DNA of 63,859 nt, counting the filler, from Octopus bimaculoides (Eukaryota): assembly GCF_001194135.2 (NCBI RefSeq). It is 6 parts of 4 records of this genome, joined end to end, with 100 filler letters (N's around TTAATTAATTAA, not from the genome) between each part and the next. Parts side by side here need not be neighbours in the genome. Positions count along the whole stretch, not along the records: positions 8,616 to 19,058 come from NC_068986.1; positions 19,159 to 32,991 come from NC_068986.1; 4 more parts are not named here. One strand, given 5' to 3'. The position numbers were made by a program, and so were the translations under genes. The notes beneath the pieces are model-generated. The model saw only the letters and a list, made by a program, of their open reading frames with translations, was not told the origin of the DNA and searched no databases. Shown here in pieces: positions 12,319 to 25,544 of this stretch. Within the stretch, counting starts at the first letter, position 1, and each line of letters begins with the position of its first letter.

Positions 12319-12730
12319 GCACAGGCGTGGCTGTGTGGTAAGAAACTTGCTTCTCAACAACATGGTTCTGGGTTCAATCCGACTGCGTGGCAACTTGGGT
12401 AGTGACTTCTTTTATAGCCTCAGACTGACCAAAACCTTCTAAGTGGATTTGGTAGACAGAGACTGAAAGAAGCCCATATAAATAAATGTGTGTGCGTGCG
12501 TGCGTGTGTGTGTGTGTGTGTATGTGCGTGCGTGTGTGTGTGTGTGTGTGTCCACTTGACAACCATTGTTGGTGTGGTTACGTCTCTGTACCTTAACAGT
12601 TCGGCTAAAGAGACTGATAAAACTAGTACTAGGCTTTACAAAATAAGTCCTGGGTTGATTTGTTCAACTGAAACCCTTCGGGGTAGTGCTCCAGCATGGC
12701 CGCAGTCAAATGACTGAAACAAGTAAAAGA
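12319..12730 (+). mobile_element. SINE family B (tRNA-like head, CORE-like box ACCTTGGGCAAGTGTCTT in intact copies, internal (GT)n, tail GACTGAAACAAGTAAAAGA)
   Basis: Other copies at ~17690-18120 (+), 22335-22790 (+), 22800-23175 (+), 27360-27760 (+), 30560-31030 (+), 51585-52530 (-), 59355-59466 (+), 62040-62355 (-). Confidence 0.85.
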
Positions 12731-12957
12731 AAAGTAAAAGTATCTGTTTTAAGTTCAAATGTAAATGAAGTCACTTTTTTTTTAACTTTTTTCAAGTACC
12801 CATAACATTTTGATAATAATCAACTGCACCCTCTTGATTTACAAGAGTTTATTTTGCACCTGAGAAAGAAAGAAATGAGAGCAGACAAAATATATTCCTA
12901 AAGAGTTTATTACTTTTGCTACCAACCTAAGACTGCCCTTGGACAGGTTGTATGATG

Positions 12958-13080
12958 CATCATCATCATCATTTAACGTCTGTTTATCATGCTGGTATGG
13001 GTTAGACAGTTTGACTGGGAAACCATCCAACCCATGCTAGCATGGAAAACGGACGTTAAACGATGAGGATGATGATGATG
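12958..13080. repeat. Inverted repeat of ~45-bp arms (two opposed repeat tails)
   Basis: CATCATTTAACGTCTGTTTATCATGCTGGTATGGGTT pairs with AACCCATGCTAGCATGGAAAACGGACGTTAAACGATG. Confidence 0.75.
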
Positions 13081-14251
13081 ATGTTAAGTCAGAGAGCTGT
13101 ACTAGGCTTTAGTCATCAGTTTTCTCATCTGGATTCTCATCTGGATGTCCTTCCTAACGCCAACCACTTTACAGAGGGTACTGGGTGTTTCTTAAAGTGT
13201 CACTGGCACAGGTGCCTTTTATGTGTCACAAGCACAGGCCATGATTATGGTTCACTTAGCTTGATGTGTCTTTTCAAGTACAGTAAATTTAAAATGCAAA
13301 CTTATATTTTTAATTTATGCTCCAAACACCAATTTAATAATGACTAAGTTGTTTTACTAAACTCTTCATCATTATTTTAAAAATCAATTGAAACACTAGC
13401 ATAGTATTTCAATAGAAATATGGTAACAAAAGGGTTATATGAGGATTAATTAGCATTGTTATTTTTCTTGGTACAGTTTAGTTAAGCTGTACATAAAAAT
13501 AATCAGGAACAAGAGTGTGTTGGTATATTGTTCATTTTGCTTCATTCAGTTACACACTGTGAGGGCAAGCATGATCAGCCATCTAAATCCCCAGACTAGT
13601 CTCCTGCCTAACCGAAAGTCCCTTCTCTGTGGACCAAATCACTAGCTAGCTTGCAGTGAAGTTCCTGTCTATAGTTCATCTGTTATCAGTGCCCGACACA
13701 GATACCAAGAACTCCTTTGGTACCTGAACACTTCACAGAATTATGGGTTAGCATTGGCCAGATTTCGTACCCAACCAATGACTATACTCAGAAACTAGGA
13801 TGTGTCCTGAAACTTGTATTATTCAGGAGTATCAGCTCAGACTGATTGCTCATGTTGCTCAGTTGTCCTGGTTGGGTCCTGCACGTCACATTCTTTTCCC
13901 TGGTAATCCAGCCAGGATGATGGCTTGTGTTGGTCAGCTGAATGCCACATGGTCGTAGTGAATGAGAAAGTATCTCACAGAGACGGGGACTGAGTGGGAC
14001 ATTGCTTGGAAGATTGCCCAGGATAACTAAGCAAATACCAAATAAATGGTGGATGCAGTGTTGCACTGCAACAGCACATGTCCCATACCTGACATGGCCT
14101 GATTTGTCATTCTTCAGCTTATTGTTGCTGTGTTTACTGTTCTGAATGTTGCTACTATTGCTAGCAAATATTTTATTTTATGAGTATCTCTTTTATAAAT
14201 TAATATACTTCATGAAATTCTATTAGTTTGTCTGTTTTCATTCCTAAGACA

Positions 14252-14386
14252 ATGGAAAGGCTAGAACCAAAACCCAAGTCTATATCAAGAGCACAAAAAT
14301 GGACAGATTCGGTGGAAGAAGCCTACAGATTTCAATGTGCAGGTTACCGAGATGAGATGGAGTATAAATTTTTCCAGAAAGCTAAA
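14252..14386 (+). CDS. MEIG1: Meiosis-expressed gene 1 protein, first coding exon (45 codons)
   Basis: [39 protein letters not shown] matches the MEIG1 signature KPKS+S.A.KW+...E..YRFQ.AGYRDE.EY. Acceptor TAAG| at 14248, phase-0 donor |GTAAGT at 14387. The second coding exon (VDRWP...) was not found in this piece. Confidence 0.9.
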
Positions 14387-14569
14387 GTAAGTACTAAAGT
14401 AAAGACGTATTGATAAGAGTTAAATAATTTCTTTAATTTTATTCTAATCAATTTTAATATTTTCTGAGCAGTGCAAATGATTACTTAGCATAATGGTACA
14501 GAGCACTCAGCCAGAATTTCAGAGGTACTGAGTTCAATTGTCTATGGTGGATTGCTGGCAAATTTTTAA

Positions 14570-14765
14570 AGGCAGTGAGCAGGCGGAATCGTTTAGCACA
14601 CTAGGCAAAATGCTCAGTGGCATTTTATCTGTCTTCACATTCTGAGTTTAAATTACACCAAGGTCGACTTTGCCTTTCATCCTTTCAGGTTTAATAAGAG
14701 TACCAGTTGACTTACACCCTCCCTCAAAAACTGTTGGCCTTGTGCCAAAATTTGAAATCAATATT
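14570..14765 (+). mobile_element. SINE family A
   Basis: GGCAGTGAGCAGGCGGAATCG head and GTCGACTTTGCCTTTCATCC core. Confidence 0.8.
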
Positions 14766-15010
14766 TTCTCAGCAGTGACTGAGAAGTATAGATCTTACAA
14801 GATTAATGAATTTTGTCACCAGTTTTTCACTCAGGTGAACCTAGAAAAGACAATGACTTACTCCACCAAGATGTAAACAGATTCCACTCATATGCTGGCA
14901 ACAGGGACGCTGCATATCTAACAAGTGTTTTGTAATGATTCCAGTTCAAAGTTCAAATGTACTATATGTAATAGTGTAAGTGTGTGCATGCACAGCTTGT
15001 GTGCACACAT

Positions 15011-15053
<43 letters not shown>

Positions 15054-15180
15054 TGGTGCAGTGAATAAACTATCATCTAAATTACATAAAAATGAAAATA
15101 ACACTGACATCTCATTTTAACATATATGTACCAAAATTACATAAAAATATCTTGAAATATTTTAAAATACTAAAGAATAA

Positions 15181-15926
15181 ATTTATTCAGTAAAATTGCC
15201 ATTGGTTTCAATCATGGCCTCCAGATGACTTTGGAATCTCCTGCAAATCTTCTGGATGGTCTCCTTGTTTAAGTTGGTGAATGCTTCCATAATCCTTGCC
15301 TTCAAGTCATCTTTGGTGTTACAAGGAATTTTGTTGGTCTTTTGCTCAACTGTGCCCCAATTGTGCCCCTCCTGCCAAGGGGGTTGCAGTCTGAGGAGTT
15401 AGGTGGCCAGATGGTAGGGGTATTGACTGGGTTCTCCAGCTTGTGTGGCATAGTGAAGAGTCCTGTTACCAGACATAGGGTCTTCTAGCAGCCACCCTCT
15501 TGACCCAGGGTAGCACTACTTCCTCCAGGAACTTGATGTAGGCCTCCATGTTGAGTCTGAGGCTGTGTGGGAAGATAAATGGAGGCATGACGTCGCCATC
15601 ACTAGTGATCACTCCAAACACCATGATGTTGACTGGATATTTGATTTATATCACTGTCGGTATATGTCCTCAGATTGCACTGTTCTCAGATTGACACCCA
15701 AACACTCTGAAAGGTTCATATTGAAGCTTCCAGTGCAAATACCAAGCAGTACAGCATGTTGTTTCCAAATTTCTGGCAGAGATAATTGCATCATGATGCT
15801 GTTTTTCTCACAGACTACCCAACTGACCCTCCTGTACTGCGTAGTTGACAAAATCAAAAACAAACAATGCACATGTGTGAAATTAAAAATATAAAATGGC
15901 AACAATTTACCCAACATACCCTGTAC
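15181..15926 (-). mobile_element. Tc1/mariner transposase pseudogene (internally deleted)
   Basis: IMVFGVITSDG, YVW*QDS, IWPPNSSDCNP and C-terminal LEAMIETNGNFTE*; outer end TACAGGGTATGTTGGGTAAATTG. Confidence 0.85.
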
Positions 15927-16059
15927 ATATTGTGTGGTATAATTTTGAACAAGTAGTATAGCTTGATAAATGACGAAAGGAATTAATATTTCAGTCAGGA
16001 AACCCCGGGTAGCTGTATTTCAAAAGGCTCTTTCTGAGTTTTATGATGATGATAATAGT

Positions 16060-16182
16060 TTCAAATTTTGGCACAAGGCCAGTAATTTTGGTGTAGGGTA
16101 TTTGTTGATTACATCAATCCCAGTGTTCAACTGGTACTTATTTCATCAACCCTGAGATGATAACAGGCAAATTCCACCCCAG

Positions 16183-16236
<54 letters not shown>

Positions 16237-16580
16237 GGCAGTGAGCAGGCAGAAATGTTAGCATGCCGGGCAAAATGCTTAGTGGTATTTCGTCTGTCTT
16301 TATGTTCTGTTTTCAAATTCCGCTGAGATCAACTTTGCCCTTCATCCTTTCAGGGGTCGATAAACTAGGTACCAGTTGCATACTGTGGATGATCTAATTG
16401 ACTGCACACCCACACAAAAAAAAAGTTGGGGCCTTGTGCCTAGAGTAGAAAAGTATAATGATTTCAGATTTGGGCACAAGGCCAGCAATTTGGGGGAGGG
16501 GATAAATCGATTACATCCACCCCAGCAGTCAACTGCTACTTATTTTATTGACCCAAAAGGATGAAAGGCAAAAATCCAAC
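16060..16580. mobile_element. Cluster of three SINE-A copies in alternating orientation (-,+,-)
   Basis: ~16060-16180 (-), 16236-16455 (+), 16466-16580 (-), separated by (AAT)n. Confidence 0.8.
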
Positions 16581-16858
16581 TCAGATAATAATAATAATAA
16601 TAATAATACATGTGTATGTATGTATATATTGTCATCTAAGAATCCGTAAGTCAAAACAATAAGCAGTCATATATTTGTCACTAGAGTAGGTATATTAATC
16701 TAAGTATACAGTATTACAGACCCATTTAAGTTGATCTTACCAATTGGTTTCAAACTTCTCTTCTCCAAGTAAACTTCTTTTGTCCCAGATTCAAGTAAAC
16801 AAATTTATTAAGAATATTCAATTTGTGGCATTCTTCAACAAACAGCTGACATTTCCTA

Positions 16859-16899
<41 letters not shown>

Positions 16900-17689
16900 C
16901 ATAAATATATAGGGATTGACAGTAACCTGCTTCTCCAACATACTGAGAATTCAGAAATAGCAGTCAAAGAACTACTGATTTCAAAACTACAAATTATTAC
17001 TCTAGATTGATAGCGATATTTTTGATACACACAGAACAAAAAACAGTAGAGAAGAGTAAAAAAACTTGCCTTTAGTTAATTTAGTACGATCGTTTCACAG
17101 TTAAGAGTAAATAATACTCTATTCTGATCTTCAGCTAAATATTCTAATAAATTTGTTAATGTCTAANNNNNNNNNNNNNNNNNNNNNNNNNNNNNNNNNN
17201 NNNNNNNNNNNNNNNNNNNNNNNNNNNNNNNNNNNNNNNNNNNNNNNNNNNNNNNNNNNNNNNNNNNNNNNNNNNNNNNNNNNNNNNNNNNNNNNNNNNN
17301 NNNNNNNNNNNNNNNNNNNNNNNNNNNNNNNNNNNNNNNNNNNNNNNNNNNNNNNNNNNNNNNNNNNNNNNNNNNNNNNNNNNNNNNNNNNNNNNNNNNN
17401 NNNNNNNNNNNNNNNNNNNNNNNNNNNNNNNNNNNNNNNNNNNNNNNNNNNNNNNNNNNNNNNNNNNNNNNNNNNNNNNNNNNNNNNNNNNNNNNNNNNN
17501 NNNNNNNNNNNNNNNNNNNNNNNNNNNNNNNNNNNNNNNNNNNNNNNNNNNNNNNNNNNNNNNNNNNNNNNNNNNNNNNNNNNNNNNNNNNNNNNNNNNN
17601 NNNNNNNNNNNNNNNNNNNNNNNNNNNNNNNNNNNNNNNNNNNNNNNNNNNNNNNNNNNNNNNNNNNNNNNNNNNATATGATAGATGCA

Positions 17690-18120
17690 AGTATGGCTGA
17701 GTGGTAAGAAGTTTGCTTCCCAACTACATGGTTCTGGGTTCAATCCTACTGCATGGCACCTTGGGCAAGCATCTCCTACTATAGTCTCAGGCTGACCAAA
17801 GCCTTGTGAGTGGATTTGGTAGACAGAAACTAAAAAGCCTTGTGAGCAGAGTTGGCAGATGGAAACTGAAAGAAGCCCATCATATATATATGTATGTATG
17901 TGTGTGTGTGTGTGTGTGTGTGCCTTTGTGCGTGTTTGTCCCCCACCATTGCTTGACAACGGTACTGGTGTGCTTATGTCCCCATAAATTAGCAATTTGG
18001 CCTAAGAGACTGATAGACGAAGTACAAGGCTTAAAAAAAATAGTTCTGGAGTTGATTTGTTTAACAAAAACCCTTCAAGGTGATGCCCCACAATAGCCAC
18101 AGTCAAGTGACCAAAACAAA
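17690..18120 (+). mobile_element. SINE family B
   Basis: GGCTGAGTGGTAAGAAG head, CACCTTGGGCAAG box, (GT)n, 3' tail. Confidence 0.8.
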
Positions 18121-18160
<40 letters not shown>

Positions 18161-19058
18161 GCAGTAATCCCTTGCCATATTATGGTTCACCTATCGCGCA
18201 CTCAGTACATTGCGGATTTTTCTGGTTAATACATGTAAATTCATATCATGGATTCCTCAGTATATCTGGGTTTCTGTGACCAATAGGTATATCTTTTTAT
18301 ATTTTAATTATTTCTGTGGGAGGTTTCGGAACATAACGCCCGTGATAGTCAAGGGATTACCTTATATATATGTGTGTGTGTGTGTATCATTCAACTACTA
18401 CCATAGTTGAATGATATTATTTAATGAAGCTTTTTTGTCGCAGTTGGCGTCTTCCAAGCAGTCTCACTAATTCAGTTTTAACCGAAATCAAATTTTGTTT
18501 CTTGAATTATGTTTGACTAGTGATAAGCTGCATTTAGACATAAAATACTTAAAATCTGGTGTAGTAGAACAAAAGTTAAGAGAAAAAATATATAGACCAA
18601 ACTGGTTGACTGACGGGTAGTAATGCCTGACATCAACACTTTGAATCCACACCATTCTTTTAATTTTGATTAAGAATTATTACATTGATATTAACATAAA
18701 AGAGAAATGTTAAAGGAATATATTGGTAAAGGTTTCGTAAAATTTTATCCATTAGAAAAAAAGATATTTAATTTTAATTCTCAAATTTTTATCAATTTTT
18801 GCAAGATATTGAAGGGACACAACTCATATATGAACTAAACTATTTCTTAGGCACACATACAACAAAGATAAAAGATAACATAAATCGATACAAAGAGTTC
18901 TAATATTTATTTTCATTAGTTTAAATTATTTTTTATAAAAAATGAAATTTTTTTGCTTAATTTTTTGTGGTATGGCTTTTTAAAGTCCATTGTTGAATAA
19001 ATTATTTCAATAACAATATTATATTTTGATTATTTTGATTTTGTCTCTATGAGCAATA

Positions 19059-19158
19059 NNNNNNNNNNNNNNNNNNNNNNNNNNNNNNNNNNNNNNNNNN
19101 NNTTAATTAATTAANNNNNNNNNNNNNNNNNNNNNNNNNNNNNNNNNNNNNNNNNNNN
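19059..19158. other. Artificial scaffold-joining spacer 2
   Basis: 44 N + TTAATTAATTAA (19103-19114) + 44 N. Confidence 0.95.
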
Positions 19159-21131
19159 TATATATACATATTTATATATTTATATCTACAAATATATTTT
19201 CATATGTATTTATTACTATAAAAGGGCAATGTCCTTAAATATGGTACCTGTCAATAAAATGAGTACCACAAATATATATTGAAATTGATTCAATCGACAA
19301 AGGCTTTCATTTATTGGCTTGTGGCCGTGTTCCTAAGTCATAAATCAATCTTAGTGTCAACCCTGGAGTCTTTGATGTATCTGATGCAGTAAAACAACGA
19401 TCTTAAAGTATATATACGTCGTCTCACTGGGTTCCGATTTCTGATTATGCTGAGGTTGACATCATATTTCATACAACAAGATCAATAAAAGAAAAATGTG
19501 TAGTGTAATGGAAGTGATTTAACCAACTACATTCCGTCTCTTCGACAAGTGGCCTTATACCTAATCCGAACAAGTCAGTAATTAATGCTTATCTTTCAGT
19601 TAATAACAGTATTGATTTCTTTTGAGCATCTCGTGGCTATAACTGTTATTAATAGGAGTCTGGTGTATGTATCCACATTTGTCATTCACAAAATTCGGTA
19701 GCTATTCCAATATTCAGCAGTTTTGTATTGTTGAATTCTCAGCACGAAAGTTACCTGATTCTAAGTGCAATATTTCAGTTGACCGTCTTTAGTAATAAAA
19801 CCGGAAGTCGACGCCAAGTCGATAAAGATACTTTCAAACATCATATCAATGCAAAAGCAGCTGTTGAATATTTTGTATTTGATATTAAATGAAATAAGCG
19901 GATAGCTTATCGACATTGGTGTGTAATTAATAGACGTATATTAAAATTCAAACATTATGTCTAGCATTTTTAATGGCTGTGTGTTTAGATCAATTGCTAT
20001 GACGTGAATTTCAGTAAAGGTTCAACAGAAATACGACAGGAAATGAATCTTAAAATTTTGCACTGCTACAGTTTAACGATTTAATGACTGTTCCCCAGAC
20101 ATTATTAGACGAAGAAAATCACGTATTTTTATTTTAGAACAATGTATTAAAATAACTATCGAAAAAACAGAAGGAGGGAAAATCCCAAAATCAAAAACGA
20201 ACAAACTAAATACGATGTAAATTCATAGAATAAAATTGCAGTAATTAGAATGTAGCTTCAATATTTTATTTTGAGTGTTGTATTATTTTATTCGTTTATT
20301 TATTATAATGGCTGCTATTGATGATTAACAGTGTTAGTAACTTTTTATTGTCACAATGTTATTTAGATATCTACAGTTATCTTTCAGGAATCCAAACGTA
20401 AATTCAAAGGTTATACTGAAATTAAAAAAGAACAATCAAAGAGATGAAAGGTCTTTTCTGTGTTTTTGCAGTTAATTTTCCTTTGCAGGTTTATTATTTG
20501 TAGACCAAATTTGTTCTATTTACAAAAGCTTTTGTTTTCCAAATACTGCATGTTTCAGCTGCTCGTATTTTGTCTCTTGTTTAAGCCTATAATATTGTAA
20601 CTTTGTTACAATGAACTTAGAAACAGAAGAAAATAAGAAATGTTCTAGAAAATAATACAATGGAAATGTAGCCATTAGCAAAATAATATCTGCTGCTACA
20701 TTCCTTTCTTTTCGATATCATATCATAGAGCGAGAGAATATTTAACCTTTACTCGCGTATAGAAACATGCGTTAGTGCATACATGCATATTATTGCAGAT
20801 ACGCTGTGTCGCACAAACCTTCTCACTCTTTCGTTCATTCAGTACGTTTGCACACAGTAAACTTAACATTTAATAAATCATGAATTTTTTGTTGATGTTG
20901 TCGGTGTGGCTGTTGTTGCTGATGTTGTTTAGCCACAGGTTAAATCCCATCGACCAGATCATTTATTCCATTCATGGCGAACTGTCTTTCTTTTATTTCT
21001 AATGCGTTGTTTCGTTAATGAAAGTGGTAGGGTATGATTTAAAGAAGGTCTGACTGTTTTTTCAGCAGGTCGAATCTCTGTCTAAATGCTACCTCTTTAA
21101 ATCGAGTTTGTGTGTTTATGTGTCTGAGGTT

Positions 21132-21168
<37 letters not shown>

Positions 21169-21261
21169 NNNNNNNNNNNNNNNNNNNNNNNNNNNNNNNN
21201 NNNNNNNNNNNNNNNNNNNNNNNNNNNNNNNNNNNNNNNNNNNNNNNNNNNNNNNNNNNNN

Positions 21262-21304
<43 letters not shown>

Positions 21305-21770
21305 TGTGTGTGAATATGTGCAAATGATTAAATGATTAAATAGTATCGTAAGCAATCAGCTGTCTCTATCTTGACATTTGGACGTAGATCTTTGAAATTA
21401 CCTAGTCCATCGAGCAGTAAATAAATGCCTCAAAATATCCAGTAGCCCTAACAAGAAACCCGTATTTCTCAACAAACAAAAACAATAGCATCATCATCAT
21501 CATCCTTATTATAAACCCCTGAATATTACTGTTTCGAATTTCAGGACTCATAGGGTCAGCTAACCGGTTTTCATGATGCATAAGTGATCGAGATCAAAAC
21601 TTTTCTCCCGAATAGGACGCAGGTTCGTCGCCAGACTAATTATTTAGAACTGAGTGAACTGCAGTATCGTGAAATTAAGGGTATATAAATATAAACAAAC
21701 TAACATTTGTTTTAATAAGCGTCGACATGTGTATTGAACGATACAAATTACATGATAATTATTTTCGAAA

Positions 21771-21964
21771 GCAGGATTGCTGTTAGACAGTAGAAATATT
21801 AGGTAAATTACTCTTACAAAGCGGAAAAATTTGTCAACTAACAGTCATGGAACTGTTTGCTAGTTGACAAATTTTTCCTATTTGTTCTATGGCTGTTAGT
21901 TAACAAATTCTTCTGCTTTGTAAGAGTAATTTACCCAGTATTTCTGTTCTAACCGCAATTCTGC
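21771..21964. repeat. Foldback/MITE-like inverted repeat with ~76-bp arms
   Basis: 21771-21848 is the near reverse complement of 21889-21964 (GGTAAATTACTCTTACAAAGC / GCTTTGTAAGAGTAATTTACC). Confidence 0.85.
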
Positions 21965-22334
21965 GTAAAAAAAAAGTCATATAAATTTAAGTGTCTTGCT
22001 CAAGAACACGACATACCGCCCAGTCCAGGAATCGAAAATGACGATCTTGCGGTCATGGGCGCGACACCTTAACCACTAAGCTAGGCGCCTTGGCAAGCAA
22101 CAGCAGAAACACTATAAAATTAAAAGGTGGTTCACCAACTTGTGAGAGCCAGGTTCAACGCTCCATGTGATTCTAAATAGAACAATATAAAGCCACCAGA
22201 ATGTTTCTCTAAAACCAATGCATGAAGCCTAGAACTTCCCTGGAGCTCCAAGAATAAAAAAAAGAAACACGGAACGTAGTGCTGCCGCAGTTGATACGAT
22301 GTTATAGTTGAATACATTTCGACATACATATATA

Positions 22335-23175
22335 GGCTGTGTCGTAAGAAGCTTGCTTCCCAACTACATCGTTTCGGGTTCAGTCCCACTGCGTGGCACC
22401 TTGGGCAAGTGTCTTTTACTATAGCCTCAAACCAAGCAAAGTTTTGTGAGTGGATTTAGTAGACGGAAACTGAAAGCCTGTCATTTATATACAAGCTATA
22501 TATATATATATATATATAAGTATGCATGTATGTGTGTGTGTGTGTGTGTGTGTATTTATGTGTGTGCGTCTTTTTCTTTATCTCCTCACCATCGCTTGAC
22601 AACCGATATTGGTGTGTTTGCATCCCCGTAAATTTAATGGTTCGGCAAAAGAAAAAATAGAATAAGTACTAGGCTTTCATAGAATAAGTCGGAGAGGGGA
22701 GCGATTTCTTCGACTAAAACCCCTTAAGGCGGTGCTCCAGCATGGGCACAGCCAAATGACTGAAACAAGTAAAAGAATAAAAGAATATAACAGTATACAT
22801 ATAGGCGCAGGCATGGTTGTGTGATTATGAAGCTCTCTTTGCAACTATGTGGTGTCAGGTCCAATCCCACTGCATGGCAACCCGAGCAAGTGTCTGCTAC
22901 TATATAGACCCGGGTCAGCTAATGTTTTGTCATTGAATCTGAAAGGCGGAAACTGTGTGGAATTCCGTCGTATGTATAAAAATGTACGTATTAGTGTGGG
23001 TATTTGTGTTTGTTCCCCACCCCAGCATAACAACCGATACCAATAAAATAAGTATGAAACTTCAGATTTATTTAAGTCTCTATCAGACATATTTAAAAAA
23101 ATAAGTGCTGTAGTCGATCCGTTCGACAAAACCTTCATGGTGGTGCTCCAACATAACCGCAGTCCAATGCCTTCA
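22335..23175 (+). mobile_element. Two tandem SINE-B copies
   Basis: Two consecutive head-core-(GT)n-tail units. Confidence 0.8.
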
Positions 23176-23433
23176 CAAATGAATGATAAAAGATATATGT
23201 ATACATTTGCACAAATATTCCCACTCAGATTATGAGATCAATAAACAATGTCAGAGCGAAAACTGAGAATCGGAAGAAGAAATAGCAGGTAGATAGGTAG
23301 ATAGACAGGCAGAAATAAAAATAGACTGACGGCCAGAAAGATAGATAGACAGACAAACAAGCATACTGATAGATATGTAGATAGACAGAAAGATAGTTAG
23401 ATAGATAGACAGATAGGTAGCTAGATAGAAAGA

Positions 23434-23515
<82 letters not shown>

Positions 23516-25544
23516 CGAGCAGACAGATAGGCAGACAGATAAATAGATAGATTGCAAATCAATAGCTGTACTATTGGAACATTATAAACTTTGATATGCA
23601 CGTCTGATGCCCTTGCATAAGATACCTATTTACGAGCCACCCTTGTTCTCCAAGAGTGACACACAAATATGTTTCCGCCTTTCAGATTCACTGACGAAAC
23701 ATGAACTGATTTGGGTCTATAGTAGCAGACACTTGCCATGCGGTGGGATAAAGATGGCAGGAGAGAAAAATGTGCTACCAAAACGTACCGTTGGGCAGAT
23801 AACTTCGTCTCAGTATTCTTGTGGTGCTCCATTCTCCACGAAAAATATTGAAGTAACCGTATACCTCAAGGAATGTTCTATTATCTAGGCTCTGGACCTG
23901 ATGAAAAGTATAGAGATTCTTCGTGGCGCAAAGTCTTCTGGTGACATTCGTTTTCTTTTTGTCTTACCATTTTCATAGTTTTGTAGTCATTACATTCGTC
24001 TCTGACTATAGACAGTGATTATTTTGAAGCGTTCGTGCCCTTACTCTCACTACTATCGCTGCGTTCATGATGTAAAACTGATCATTCGCTTTGGGATAAC
24101 AATTAAGTATGTCGTAACATATTTGTCCTTGATTGCAGAAACAGTTCAGTTCCCACCTATTCGAGAAATTTGCTTCAAAAATTGAGAAGAAGGCGTGGTT
24201 ATAGATTGGGATATGGTGTCTAAAATGTTGACGGTTGCTTGTTATAATTCTGTTCTTTAACGCAGCAGATAATCTACCAAATTTAGCAATTGAACTCTGC
24301 TGTTTAGGCAGCAGTTTAATAATTCACTGCGAAGCCATAAATCTTGACTAAGTGGATAAATTGCATTTCTCTCATTCTTTAAAGTTCTAGCAATTGTACT
24401 TCGCTTCTTGTGTTTCTGTCTTGTGCCTGTTCTAAATATGTCATTCTCACTAAATTAATTTCCTCTTCTTTCTTAATTTTTGTTTCGCGTTTGTTCCAAG
24501 TAGATATTTTTCTTAGCAGTCATAACCTGCTTTCATTTTTCTTTAGTATTACATTTTCCTAATGACTTCTTATTTCTTCCTCTTATGTCTCTTTTGATCA
24601 TATTAAGTTAGAAATTTTATCTCCTAACTTCGCATATTTCAGCATTTTTGAGAGCTTACTTTCTCTTTGCCCCATATTTCATCTCGACGTCTGCATTCGA
24701 TCTCTCCATCTTCCCTGTCTCACTTCAGTTAATTTGCAAACATTCCACCATATCTTATTGCAGTTCACTATTTTGAAATTGAATGTTAGCTAACTTTTCA
24801 AGATATTTGATGCTTGACAGAACAACCTGCAATGAAATGAAAATAGCTTTATTAAAGTTTTAATAGAAATATAGCAGTCACTTTTTGAATATTGAAATTT
24901 ACGAAGAGAATATCCAGATGCAGTTTTCATTGATTAGCAGACGACATTTACTTGCACTTCCAGAAATACCACCTTTACTCCCCCCCCCCCCCCCAACAAC
25001 AATAACAACATCCAGAGTTCCTACCATCTCTACCACGGCTATTCTCAATCATGCACGTACGCATTCTGGCATATGTAACAGTGTGATTATATGTCTACTA
25101 ACTGATATTCCTTTCATCTTTTCTGTTCGACCGTTACCACTTTCCTCTACTAGTACACGTCTATCTCTTTTTCAGCAGCTACTTCGTTCAGCATCAACCC
25201 ACTCTCCTTTAGCCGAAAGCATGGTTAACACTTTACATACAAAGACACTCATCACCTAGTATACTTGAAACTTTCAAAGATCGTTGACATTTGGAGCTAA
25301 TATGACATTTTGCATTTGCAAAATTTAGGGCGAATATTCTGTAAGCCTTCGTTTTGCAGGATAAGCATTTCATTTTGAGAAGAACGTGAAACGAAGTTTT
25401 TTGCAGAAGGCTATAATATGCTTATAGGCCCAGTAATCAAACCCATGTCTGACCGCTCATCAATCCGACGGCCTAAACACTGAGCCAAGTGACTTCTATG
25501 AAGATTCTATCATGTTTATATTGTTTCAAATTGTGGTAGAAAAC

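Noticed and set aside
16741-16855. Minus-strand exon-like segment with good AG/GTAAG boundaries
   Set aside because: Stops in all three frames; cannot be an internal coding exon and has no other support.
19338-19347. Single Pbx-Hox site TCATAAATCA
   Set aside because: Isolated AT-rich 10-mer expected by chance; no linked gene.
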